A stretch of 64,000 nucleotides of DNA from Longimicrobiales bacterium (GTDB lineage Bacteria; Gemmatimonadota; Gemmatimonadetes; Longimicrobiales; Gaopeijiaceae). How positions within the stretch are numbered: the first letter of the stretch is position 1; every line of letters begins with the position of its first letter. Below are positions 21,022 through 29,468 of the stretch, piece by piece. The position numbers and the translations under genes were made by a program. The notes below the pieces were generated by a model, which was given only the letters and a program-made list of their open reading frames with translations, did not search any database and was not told the DNA's origin. The stretch is taken from positions 2,560,001 to 2,624,000 of the forward strand of contig OZ241869.1 of the NCBI GenBank assembly GCA_965202805.1, read 5' to 3'.

Positions 21022-21699
21022 ATGTTTTCAAAGACGAATCGTCAGCCGATATCCTTCAGACTCCTCCTCGTCCTGCTGCTCGTCCCGACCGCCTTCGCGC
21101 TGACAGCCTGCGAAAGCTCTACGGAGCCGGAAGGGGACCGGATGACCCAGAACGAAGCCAACGCCCTCGTGCAGGGGCTGTACGGTGGAAGCCTTCTGGC
21201 GTATGGGGGATTACTTCTCCAGGCGGATCCGGCAATGCTCACAGCCGTTCCGCCTGGAGCGCCTCTTCCCCTGGACGCCGCCACTCCCTGCGCCGAAGGC
21301 GGCGAAGCCGGGTTCTCGGGAAGTGCGATGATCTCCATAGACGAGGCCCGGGGTTCCCTGGAGGTGGAGCTGTCTGGCACCCTGACCCCCAGCGGCTGCA
21401 CGTTCACCGGCGGCGGCGCCACTTTTGTCCTGGACAGCGATCCGGGTCTGGCTCAGACGGGCTCGGTCATCCTTGTACTGGAAGACTTCAGCTTTTCCAT
21501 CAACATCACGTCTTCCGGCTCGTTCAGCTGGACGAGCGGGACCAGATCGGGCAGCTGCGATCTCGACAACACCATCACCTCCGAGATCTCGATGGTCGAT
21601 ACCGCACTCAGCGGCGCCATCCCGACGGCGACCGTGTCGGGCTCCGTATGCGGCCTCAGCGTCAACCGTGACATCGAACTGACCGCCACGACCTCCTGA
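21022..21699 (+). CDS. Hypothetical lipoprotein
   Basis: AGGAG RBS; lipobox LTAC; Ser/Thr/Gly-rich beta-type body with several Cys. Confidence 0.75.
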   Translation: MFSKTNRQPISFRLLLVLLLVPTAFALTACESSTEPEGDRMTQNEANALVQGLYGGSLLAYGGLLLQADPAMLTAVPPGAPLPLDAATPCAEGGEAGFSGSAMISIDEARGSLEVELSGTLTPSGCTFTGGGATFVLDSDPGLAQTGSVILVLEDFSFSINITSSGSFSWTSGTRSGSCDLDNTITSEISMVDTALSGAIPTATVSGSVCGLSVNRDIELTATTS

Positions 21700-21764
21700 C
21701 GCGGACAAACCCGCCGGGCACATCCCGACTGCGGGTGGTCCCGGTGCCCTCGACCTGCCCGGTC

Positions 21765-21839
21765 TTGCATGATGTATCGAACTTCGATATGTTGAGCACG
21801 TGATATATTGCTTGCCGATACATCGGAACACGACATAAT
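21765..21839 (+). promoter_or_regulatory. Tandem promoters with PadR-type palindromic operators
   Basis: TTGCAT-N17-TATGTT containing the perfect palindrome TATCGAA-C-TTCGATA (21775-21789); TTGCCG-N16-CATAAT containing the related ATACATCG-N5-CGACATAA. Confidence 0.65.
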
Positions 21840-21873
21840 GCTCAGGGCGGGCATCTTCCTCAGGGATATCCAC

Positions 21874-22227
21874 ATGACGGACCAGGAATTCGACGCGCAG
21901 GGCTTCGCCCGGGGAATCCACGAACTGCTGGTCCTCGCTGCCCTGCGAGAGAGCCCCAGGCACGGCTACCAGATCGCCCTGGACGTGGAGGCGCACAGCA
22001 ACGGGGTCTTTCGTTTCCGGCACGGCACCCTGTACCCGATCCTGCACCGGATGGAGGGGAACGGGCTCATCCAGGGCCGCTGGTCGAGCGGGGGCGGGCG
22101 GAGAAGGAAGGTGTATTCGCTCACCGACATCGGCCGCAGGCACCTCAGCGGAGAAACGGACCGGGTTCAGGAGATCCTGTCCGGGCTCATGCGCATGCTT
22201 CGCCGTGCGCGGGAGCTCCCGGCGTGA
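21874..22227 (+). CDS. PadR-family transcriptional regulator
   Basis: LLVLAAL, HGYQI, GTLYPILHRME, RRRKVYSLTDIG. Confidence 0.93.
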   Translation: MTDQEFDAQGFARGIHELLVLAALRESPRHGYQIALDVEAHSNGVFRFRHGTLYPILHRMEGNGLIQGRWSSGGGRRRKVYSLTDIGRRHLSGETDRVQEILSGLMRMLRRARELPA

Positions 22228-23039
22228 GCGCGTTCCAGCCGGCGCTGCGCAGGCTCGACCGGGACTTGACGGTCCCCATTCCGGACCGCCTCAGGATCCT
22301 GCGCGAACTCGAATTCGACCTCGAGGCGCTCTCCGGCGAACTCGAAGCCCGGGGTACGCCCCCGGACGAGGCCCGCGCCCGCGCGCTGGACGCCCTCGTG
22401 CCCGACGGGGCGACGCTCCGCGAACTCGACCGCCTCCACGCCTCCCACTACCGCCGGCTCACCCGCCACTTCAGTCCCGGCCGCCTGCGCACCCTCGAGC
22501 GCTCGGCGCTCGCCCTGACCACCGCAGTCGTGCTTTTCGCGGAGACCTTCCTGCTTCTGCGGGCCGACTGGCTCCGTCATGCGTCGCCCTTCCTGTGGCC
22601 GGTTCTCGGGCTGGGTACACTCCTTTTCGCAGCCATCGCCACGCTCTCGTTCAGGCTGTGGGTCAAGCGCGACCACCGGGATCCGGCAGCGAACCTCCGC
22701 GTCATCCTGTTCCTGTCCGGCCTGACGCTCGCCACCGGCATCTTCGGCGCCCTTGCCGACCTCTTACGGCTCGCCGGGGCTCTGGAGGCCGAGCCCGGAC
22801 TGGCCGGATCGCTCCTGCTCGAGTGGTTGGCCGGAACCTGCGTCCTGCTCTCGTTCTCACTGTTGCTGGCCCTCACCGGAGGGCTGGCCTGGTTCATTCC
22901 CGCACACTGGCTCGCGCTCGTCTCCGGTGCGCACGCCGAGCTGCTGGGCAACCCCCTGCCGGACACCCGCCCCGGCGCGCCGCGGATGCCCGATCCCGCG
23001 CCCACACACCAACCCGCATCCCTGGGAGAATCATCATGA
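22224..23039 (+). CDS. PadR-associated membrane protein
   Basis: GTGA overlap with padR; helical N-terminus (ILRELEFDLE...DEARARA) then about four TM segments. Confidence 0.75.
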   Translation: MSAFQPALRRLDRDLTVPIPDRLRILRELEFDLEALSGELEARGTPPDEARARALDALVPDGATLRELDRLHASHYRRLTRHFSPGRLRTLERSALALTTAVVLFAETFLLLRADWLRHASPFLWPVLGLGTLLFAAIATLSFRLWVKRDHRDPAANLRVILFLSGLTLATGIFGALADLLRLAGALEAEPGLAGSLLLEWLAGTCVLLSFSLLLALTGGLAWFIPAHWLALVSGAHAELLGNPLPDTRPGAPRMPDPAPTHQPASLGESS

Positions 23040-23467
23040 CCGCGATGGAAGCCTTCGAAGCCCTCGGCGTCATCCGCTGGCCGCTCACCTTCTCGCTGCT
23101 GGTGGTCGTCGCCCTGGCGCTGTGGTCGCTCGCGCTGGTGTGGCGCAGTGCCATGCCGGGCCGGCACGCCAAGGCCTGGATCGACGCCATCCTGTTCTGG
23201 GGAGGGTTCGCGGCCATCAGCGGCGTGCTGGGCACACTGGTCGGCATAATCATCACCTTCCAGTTCATCGAGTTGGCCGGCGAGGTCGTGGCGACGCTGG
23301 TGGCGGGCGGCATCAAGGTCGCGCTCCTCAGTTCGGCGCTCGGCACCCTGATCCTGGCCGTCGCTTCCCTGCTCTGGTTCGGACTCCAGCTACGCTGGCG
23401 GATCCTGGTGGCGCGGCACGCCGGAGAGACCGTGCAGGACCCCGGAAGCGGCGTATTACCAGTGTAA
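23036..23467 (+). CDS. Miniature MotA/TolQ/ExbB-like protein (143 aa)
   Basis: ATGA overlap, GGAG RBS; LGTLVGIIITFQFIELAGEVVATLVAGGIKVALL; lacks the cytoplasmic domain. Confidence 0.85.
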   Translation: MTAMEAFEALGVIRWPLTFSLLVVVALALWSLALVWRSAMPGRHAKAWIDAILFWGGFAAISGVLGTLVGIIITFQFIELAGEVVATLVAGGIKVALLSSALGTLILAVASLLWFGLQLRWRILVARHAGETVQDPGSGVLPV

Positions 23468-23545
23468 TACAGCGGCTTCGGCGGCTTTCATGCGCGCCGG
23501 GAGATTGCGTCTTGCCCCACGCTGACGCCCGGCCTCGCGCAGGAT

Positions 23546-25861
23546 CTACCGCGAAAACAGGTACGTGACCTTGACGATCAGCTGCCGCTCGCGGAAGGAC
23601 GCGAACTCGTTGTACCTGCCGAAGTCGTCGTAGACGTTCCTGCGCAGTTCGTCGTAGACGATGTAGATGTCGCTCCCCGGCCGGTAGATGTAGTTGAAGC
23701 GCCCCGCAGTGCTCCACTGGTCGGTGAGCGAGTTGTACTGCGTAACGGTGCGCAGCGTCATCGTCGGCGAGAGCGCGTAGTCGATGCGGAACGACGCGAT
23801 GTCGGCGCTGAAGTCGCCCCCGGGCAGGCGGACGTCGTTGCGCGTGAACGCCCCCTCGGCGGCCAGCTGGCTGGTCAGCCTGAAGCCGGCACTGGCGCTG
23901 TAGTCGGTGCGGTCGCCGTCGAAGAAGGTCTGCGGAGAGTAGTAGACGGTCCCGTAGAGCCTGCGCGAAGGGTCGCTGTTGAACGAGAAGCGCCAGTCGC
24001 CGAAGCGGTAGGTCCCCGGCGCCACCACCACGTCCGGCCGCACGCGGAAGGGGTTGTCGAGCACTTCCAGGTTGGCATTGTACCAGATGTTGATGTAGGC
24101 CCCGTTCTGGAGCCTCGTCCCCAGCATGTGGTGGATGCGGCGGGTCACGAGCCGATTGTTCTGGTCGGTCGTGTAGGTGATGTTGACCATCGGGTCGAAG
24201 ACGCGCACTCCGAAGCGCCCCGGCCTGGGATTGCGCTCCAGGTGGAGCTTGCTGATGCGGATCCCGTTGCGCGGCAGGAAGCCCACCTCCGGGTTGAAGT
24301 TCTCCTGGAAGTCCGAGTACTCGCCGTAGACGTTCCAGTTCTCGTCGAGCCAGCCGAGGCGGATGTAGCCGGCCAGCTGGCCGTCGGTGACCCCCGTGGT
24401 CGAGGTCTTGGCGACGAAGCTGTTGACCAGGAAGGCGGGATGGGGGGCCAGCGTCATGTCCGCGGCGAAGGTGCGGTTGACGTAGTGGCCGTCGCCCACA
24501 TGCTTGTTGATGACCAGCGCGCCCACCTTGGAGCGCGCCATGATGTCGCGGCTGTAGCGGGCCACGAAGAAGTTCTCGCCGTCACGGCCGGGCATCCCCC
24601 CGCCAACATCGCCGGGCAGGCCGTCGGTCTGGATGTCCATGATGGCGATGTTGTTGCGACCCACCTTCCCGGTCAGCCGGGCGCCACCCAGGATGGGGAT
24701 GGGGTCGCCCGTCTCGGACAGGCCGATGCGACGGCTGAAGAACAGGTCCGCCACGCGCATGAAGGCGCTGTTGGTGCCGACGTTGAACTGGCCCGAGTTC
24801 TCCAGGAAGAAGTCGCGCTTCTCGGGATAGAAGAGAGCGAAGCGGGTCAGGTTGACCTGCTCGTCGTCGACTTCCGCCTGGGCGAAGTCGGTCCTGTAGG
24901 TGATGTCCAGGTTCAACCCGGCCGAGACCCCGTACTTGATGTCGAAACCGATGTCGCGTTGCCCGTCGTTCTCCACGACGCCCTCGGTGGCCACGCGCGT
25001 GCCGCCACCGGTGACGAACGGCTTGACGCGCAGGTCCATGCCCCGGTTCAGCGACTCGAGACCCGTCAGGCTGCCGGCCAGACTCACGCGCGTGAGGGTA
25101 TACGGCTTCGGAATGCCCGCCCAGAACGCCTGCTCGTTCTTGCGGCGGATGTTGCGCATGAAGTTGATGCCCCACTCCTGGCGCTCCTCGTCGGGGAAGC
25201 GCAGGGTGACCATCGGAATGGCGATCTCCGCAGCCCAGCCGTCGTCGGTTCTGCGCGCGCCGACGTGCCAGACCCCGTCCCAGTCCTTGTTGATGTTGGT
25301 CGCCACCCCGAAACCGCGCCGACTGCCTCCCTCGCCTTCCTCGAAAACCTGCTGCTCCAGCTTCGCCCCCAGCGGCGTGGTGACGAACATGTAGGCGGAA
25401 CGGAAGTCCCTGAAGGTGTCGAGGATGATCTGGAAGTTGTCCTCGTCGAGTATCCGGTCCGAGTCGCGGCGCATCTCGGTGGCGATGACCCCGTCCGGCT
25501 CGGAGTCGAAGGCGCGCACCCCGATGTAGAGGTTCTCCCCGTCGTAGAGGATGCGCGCCTCGGTACGCTCGGACGCCGGAGCGCCCTCGTCGGGCTCCTG
25601 CTGCACGAAGGCGTCGATGGCTTCGGCCGCTCTCCAGACCGGCTCGTCCAGGACTCCGTCCAGGACCGGCGCCTCGTCCACGCGGGAGGCGGCGACGCTG
25701 TGCCCGTTCCGGCCGTTCTGGGCGGATAGGGGCGCGGCCGTCGCGATGGCAACAAGAGCCGCGACCGCCAGGGCATGTACGCCGTGATGCACTCGCCGAA
25801 TGCCGGAACGATCGCGAGCCGTTCGCCGAATCGCTTCCAGGGACAAGAAGGCTGCTCCCAC
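23546..25861 (-). CDS. DUF5916 / CBM9-like domain outer-membrane protein (start uncertain; alternative GTG at 25792)
   Basis: LDGVLDEPVW, FVQQEP, TDFAQAEVD, NLTRFALFYPEKRDFFLE, C-terminal KVTYLF beta-strand. Confidence 0.85.
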   Translation of the reverse strand: MGAAFLSLEAIRRTARDRSGIRRVHHGVHALAVAALVAIATAAPLSAQNGRNGHSVAASRVDEAPVLDGVLDEPVWRAAEAIDAFVQQEPDEGAPASERTEARILYDGENLYIGVRAFDSEPDGVIATEMRRDSDRILDEDNFQIILDTFRDFRSAYMFVTTPLGAKLEQQVFEEGEGGSRRGFGVATNINKDWDGVWHVGARRTDDGWAAEIAIPMVTLRFPDEERQEWGINFMRNIRRKNEQAFWAGIPKPYTLTRVSLAGSLTGLESLNRGMDLRVKPFVTGGGTRVATEGVVENDGQRDIGFDIKYGVSAGLNLDITYRTDFAQAEVDDEQVNLTRFALFYPEKRDFFLENSGQFNVGTNSAFMRVADLFFSRRIGLSETGDPIPILGGARLTGKVGRNNIAIMDIQTDGLPGDVGGGMPGRDGENFFVARYSRDIMARSKVGALVINKHVGDGHYVNRTFAADMTLAPHPAFLVNSFVAKTSTTGVTDGQLAGYIRLGWLDENWNVYGEYSDFQENFNPEVGFLPRNGIRISKLHLERNPRPGRFGVRVFDPMVNITYTTDQNNRLVTRRIHHMLGTRLQNGAYINIWYNANLEVLDNPFRVRPDVVVAPGTYRFGDWRFSFNSDPSRRLYGTVYYSPQTFFDGDRTDYSASAGFRLTSQLAAEGAFTRNDVRLPGGDFSADIASFRIDYALSPTMTLRTVTQYNSLTDQWSTAGRFNYIYRPGSDIYIVYDELRRNVYDDFGRYNEFASFRERQLIVKVTYLFSR

Positions 25862-25882
25862 GAGGAAATCCTGTCTGGTTTG

Positions 25883-25920
25883 AAAGGAAAAAGCGCCGGG
25901 AGAACCTATCTCCCGGCGCT
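25883..25920 (-). terminator. Rho-independent terminator
   Basis: Perfect 12-bp stem AGCGCCGGGAGA/TCTCCCGGCGCT, 5-nt loop, T-rich tail on the minus strand. Confidence 0.8.
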
Positions 25921-25954
25921 CTTCCGGCGCCAGCCCGAGGGGTTCCCGGCTCCG

Positions 25955-27208
25955 CTAGCTGCCGCTGCCTCCACGCGGGCGGGCGGTGCGTCCGGTCGAA
26001 CTGCCGGACCCGCCCCTGTAGCCGCCGGAGGAGGTGCCGACCGACGAACCGCCGCTGCGGGACCCGCCGGACGACCACATGCCTCCGCCGTCGCTGCCCA
26101 CCGCGGTGGATCTGCCGCGGTCGCCGCCGCGAACGTACCCGAGGCCCCTGACCAGCCTGCCGCGCTGATCGGCCGGGCGCTCGCTCACCTGAACCACGAC
26201 CGGCCGGTACCCGATCCCGTAGTAGCCGCCGTACCCCATCCCGTAGCCGCCATAGCTGTACGGAGAGAAGCCGTACCGATAGGGGGAATACCCGTACCCG
26301 TAGAGCCCATATCCGCCATGGTAGCCGAAGCCGAACGGGGAATAGTACCAGGGATCCGTGCGTACCCTGCGGCGGTCCCGGTCGCGTTCGCGGTCCTGCC
26401 TGGCGAGCGCAACACCCCTGCGGTCCTCTTCGCGCAGCCGGAAGCGGTGGGGATTCGCGACCGCGACCACCACATCGATCACGTCCGGATCCACGCCTGC
26501 ATCCGCGATCCGGATGAGCTGCTCGGCGTTCACGTTCAGGTCGGGCTCGCTCTCGACCAGCCAGGCCTGCACCGTCTGGGCGTGCAGTGTCTGGCCCGCC
26601 TCGATGATCGCGGCGATGGTCGGCGACGTGGTGGAGTACATGCGCGCGGCCCGGATGGCCATCTCCTGGTCGTCCCCGAGGCCGGCGTATCCGGCCGCCT
26701 GCGTCGCCATGACGCCCGCCATGCGATAACGCTGCACCCAGGGCGTCACCTCGCCTTCGACCTCCACCGCACTGACGTCCATCCACTCGGTGGGGTTCAG
26801 CATGACCATCATGCCCGAGCCCTTCCGGGTCACCGTCCCGTCGCAGACGTGCTCGGAGCGGTGATACACCCGGTGGCCGTCCTGCGAGAAGCGCCAGGTG
26901 GTGGTGCCCTCGCACCCCTCCTGGGAGGCGTCCACGGGCCGTCCATCGGCGCGCGCCACCTCGCGCGATGCGACCTCGCCGTCGCGCACGGTCACGAACT
27001 CGGCCGAGAACCGGTCTTCTCCGGGCACCACGCACAGGGTCGGCCGCTCCGCGGCATCCTGCTCGAGGGGCGTCCAGCATCCCGTAAAGGCCAGCCAACT
27101 GCCGACTTCGGACTGTCCTTCCACAGGGACGGCGGCGACCACAAACAGCAACGCAACGACCGAACATCGCCGGGCGACGGCCGTCAGGGCTTCGTGATGT
27201 GCTTTCAT
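25955..27208 (-). CDS. Secreted hypothetical protein with Gly/Tyr-rich and Gly/Ser/Arg-rich C-terminus
   Basis: GGAGG RBS, signal peptide, low-complexity GY tract. Confidence 0.78.
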   Translation of the reverse strand: MKAHHEALTAVARRCSVVALLFVVAAVPVEGQSEVGSWLAFTGCWTPLEQDAAERPTLCVVPGEDRFSAEFVTVRDGEVASREVARADGRPVDASQEGCEGTTTWRFSQDGHRVYHRSEHVCDGTVTRKGSGMMVMLNPTEWMDVSAVEVEGEVTPWVQRYRMAGVMATQAAGYAGLGDDQEMAIRAARMYSTTSPTIAAIIEAGQTLHAQTVQAWLVESEPDLNVNAEQLIRIADAGVDPDVIDVVVAVANPHRFRLREEDRRGVALARQDRERDRDRRRVRTDPWYYSPFGFGYHGGYGLYGYGYSPYRYGFSPYSYGGYGMGYGGYYGIGYRPVVVQVSERPADQRGRLVRGLGYVRGGDRGRSTAVGSDGGGMWSSGGSRSGGSSVGTSSGGYRGGSGSSTGRTARPRGGSGS

Positions 27209-27255
27209 GTTGCTTTCCTCCACTGACGACTTGCTTCCATCCGAGGGCATCGCGG

Positions 27256-28011
27256 TCATCCGCTCATGCGGATTCCGATTCCCGCGAGAATCTGGAAGCC
27301 GGAAAGATCGATGTTCTCAAACCCCTCGAACGAACGATCCATGGGGCTGCTGGACCAAGAATAACGCCCTTCGCCCGTCAGCACGAATCGCGGGCCCAGC
27401 GCGTACTCGATGCCACCGAAGACATGCACGAAGGGAGCGGTGCCGTCCGACACCAGCAGGTCGTTGAAGACGTCGAGCGTCTCGATGTCGACGAAGTCCC
27501 CGTCCTGCTCGAACTTGTACACGTTGCCGCCCGCTCCCGCTCCCACATAGGGCACCAGCTGCGACGGCACCCAGGCGAAACGGCTCAGGCTGCGGCCGCG
27601 ATCGCGCAGGAAGTAGCGGGCGCTCACCGTGAAGGGAAGCTTGGAGTGGGTGGTGACCTGCTCGATCGGCTGGCCCCTGTTGTCTTCCCAGTCGCGGAAC
27701 TCGGAGAGCGTCTCGCTCCTGGCGTAGCCCACGCCCGCCACCAGCTCGAGTCTTTCGGTAAGGTGGACACCGATGTCGACCGTGATCGCCGGAGCCGCGA
27801 AGCTGCTCTTCTCCAGCGTCAGCAACTCGCTGGTGTAGCTGAAGATGTCGCTGTTCGCGCGGGGGATGTCGTATCCGGTGCGGAAGTTGAAGGTGGCGCC
27901 GGGACGGCTGAAGAGGAACCCCCTTCCTTCCTGGGCATGCAATGCGGAAGGCGGGAACGTTCCGGCCACAAGGAGCAAGGCGAGAAACGGCGCCGCGGTC
28001 TGTCGATTCAT
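27256..28011 (-). CDS. Outer-membrane beta-barrel protein
   Basis: Signal peptide ending LHA-Q; PYVGAGAG, GGIEY, EGRYSW, GFQILAGIGIR amphipathic strands. Confidence 0.8.
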   Translation of the reverse strand: MNRQTAAPFLALLLVAGTFPPSALHAQEGRGFLFSRPGATFNFRTGYDIPRANSDIFSYTSELLTLEKSSFAAPAITVDIGVHLTERLELVAGVGYARSETLSEFRDWEDNRGQPIEQVTTHSKLPFTVSARYFLRDRGRSLSRFAWVPSQLVPYVGAGAGGNVYKFEQDGDFVDIETLDVFNDLLVSDGTAPFVHVFGGIEYALGPRFVLTGEGRYSWSSSPMDRSFEGFENIDLSGFQILAGIGIRMSG

Positions 28012-28175
28012 GGAGGTCTCCCGGTAAGTTGGAGGCCGGCCCCGGGCACCGCTACTTGCGCATCCGGAACGTTGTTCTACACGATTTCCCGTAACGCGTT
28101 CGCCGCTCGGGCTCATCATGGTTCGCCGCTGGATGGGGAACCACGCTGCAATCATCGTGCCGAAGGAGTCACGCC

Positions 28176-29369
28176 ATGAACCACCCACGCACCTTTTCCT
28201 ACGCGCTGACCTGCGTCGCCGCCGCCGGTATCGTGGCACTCTCTTCCTGTACCATCGAGTCGGCGAGCCAGGCGCCCGACATGTCTGGCGAGGCGCCCAT
28301 CTTCGAGGTGGATCCGCTCTGGCCCAAGCCGCTGCCCAACCACTGGATCCTGGGTTCGACCATCGGCGTCGGGGTCGATTCGCGCGACCACGTCTTCATC
28401 ATCCACCGCCAGACCACCTTCAGCGACGTCAACGAGATCGGGGCCACCCTCGATCCACCCACCAGCGAATGCTGCGTGCCCGCGCCCAACGTGCTCGAGT
28501 TCGATCCCGAGGGGAACCTGGTCAACTCCTGGGGCGGCCCCGGAGAGGGCTACGACTGGCCCACCTCCAACCACGGCCTCAGCGTGGACCACCACGACAA
28601 TATCTGGATCGGGGGCAACGGCGGCCCGGACGGGCAGCTGCTCAAGTTCAGCCGCGACGGCGAGTTCCTGATGCAGGTGGGCGTGGCCGACGCTCAGCCC
28701 AACAGCACCTCCACGGAGCACTTCTCCCGGGTGGCGAAGATCTCCTTCGACGGCACCACCGACGAGGCCTTCGTCGCCGACGGCTACGGCAATCGCCGGG
28801 TGGTGGTGCTCGACTCCAACACCGGGGAATTCAAACGCTACTGGGGCGCCTACGGCAACGAGCCCAGCGACGACCTGGTACCGTCGCACACGCCCGACGG
28901 CCCGCCGCAGCAGCAGTTCCGCACCCCGGTGCACTGCGCCGACCCCTCGGCGGACGGGCTGGTCTACGTATGCGACCGCGCCGGCAACCGCATCCAGGTC
29001 TTCCAGAGCGACGGCACCTTCGTGCGCGAGGCCTTCATCGCCAACGCGACCCTGGGCGGGGGATCGGTGTGGGACATCACCTTCTCGCGCGATGCCGACC
29101 AGCGCTTCGTGTACGTGGCCGACGGGATGAACAAGGTGGTCCATGTGCTGGACCGCGAGAGCCTCGAGGTTCTCACCAGCTTTGGCGGCGGCGGGCGCCA
29201 GCCGGGCCAGTTCTACGGGGTGCACAGCGTCGCGACCGATTCGCAGGGCAACCTCTACACCACCGAGACCTACGAGGGCAAGCGCCTGCAGAAGTTCGTC
29301 TTCATGGGGACCGGACCGGTGACCGCGGAGCATCAGGGGGCTCTGTGGCCGCAGAGCGGAGGTGAGTAG
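28176..29369 (+). CDS. NHL-repeat beta-propeller lipoprotein (PAL-like family)
   Basis: Lipobox LSSC; FEVDPLWPKPLPNHW, VADGYGNRRV, VCDRAGNRIQVF, DSQGNLYT. Confidence 0.88.
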   Translation: MNHPRTFSYALTCVAAAGIVALSSCTIESASQAPDMSGEAPIFEVDPLWPKPLPNHWILGSTIGVGVDSRDHVFIIHRQTTFSDVNEIGATLDPPTSECCVPAPNVLEFDPEGNLVNSWGGPGEGYDWPTSNHGLSVDHHDNIWIGGNGGPDGQLLKFSRDGEFLMQVGVADAQPNSTSTEHFSRVAKISFDGTTDEAFVADGYGNRRVVVLDSNTGEFKRYWGAYGNEPSDDLVPSHTPDGPPQQQFRTPVHCADPSADGLVYVCDRAGNRIQVFQSDGTFVREAFIANATLGGGSVWDITFSRDADQRFVYVADGMNKVVHVLDRESLEVLTSFGGGGRQPGQFYGVHSVATDSQGNLYTTETYEGKRLQKFVFMGTGPVTAEHQGALWPQSGGE

Positions 29370-29468
29370 GCGCGGCGTGCCGGTCATTTTGGACGGAGAA
29401 TTCACGGGCGCGAAGCCCGGACGCTGGATCCGGGGGCCGGTGCATGAGCCGCGGGAGGGTTCCGCGGG

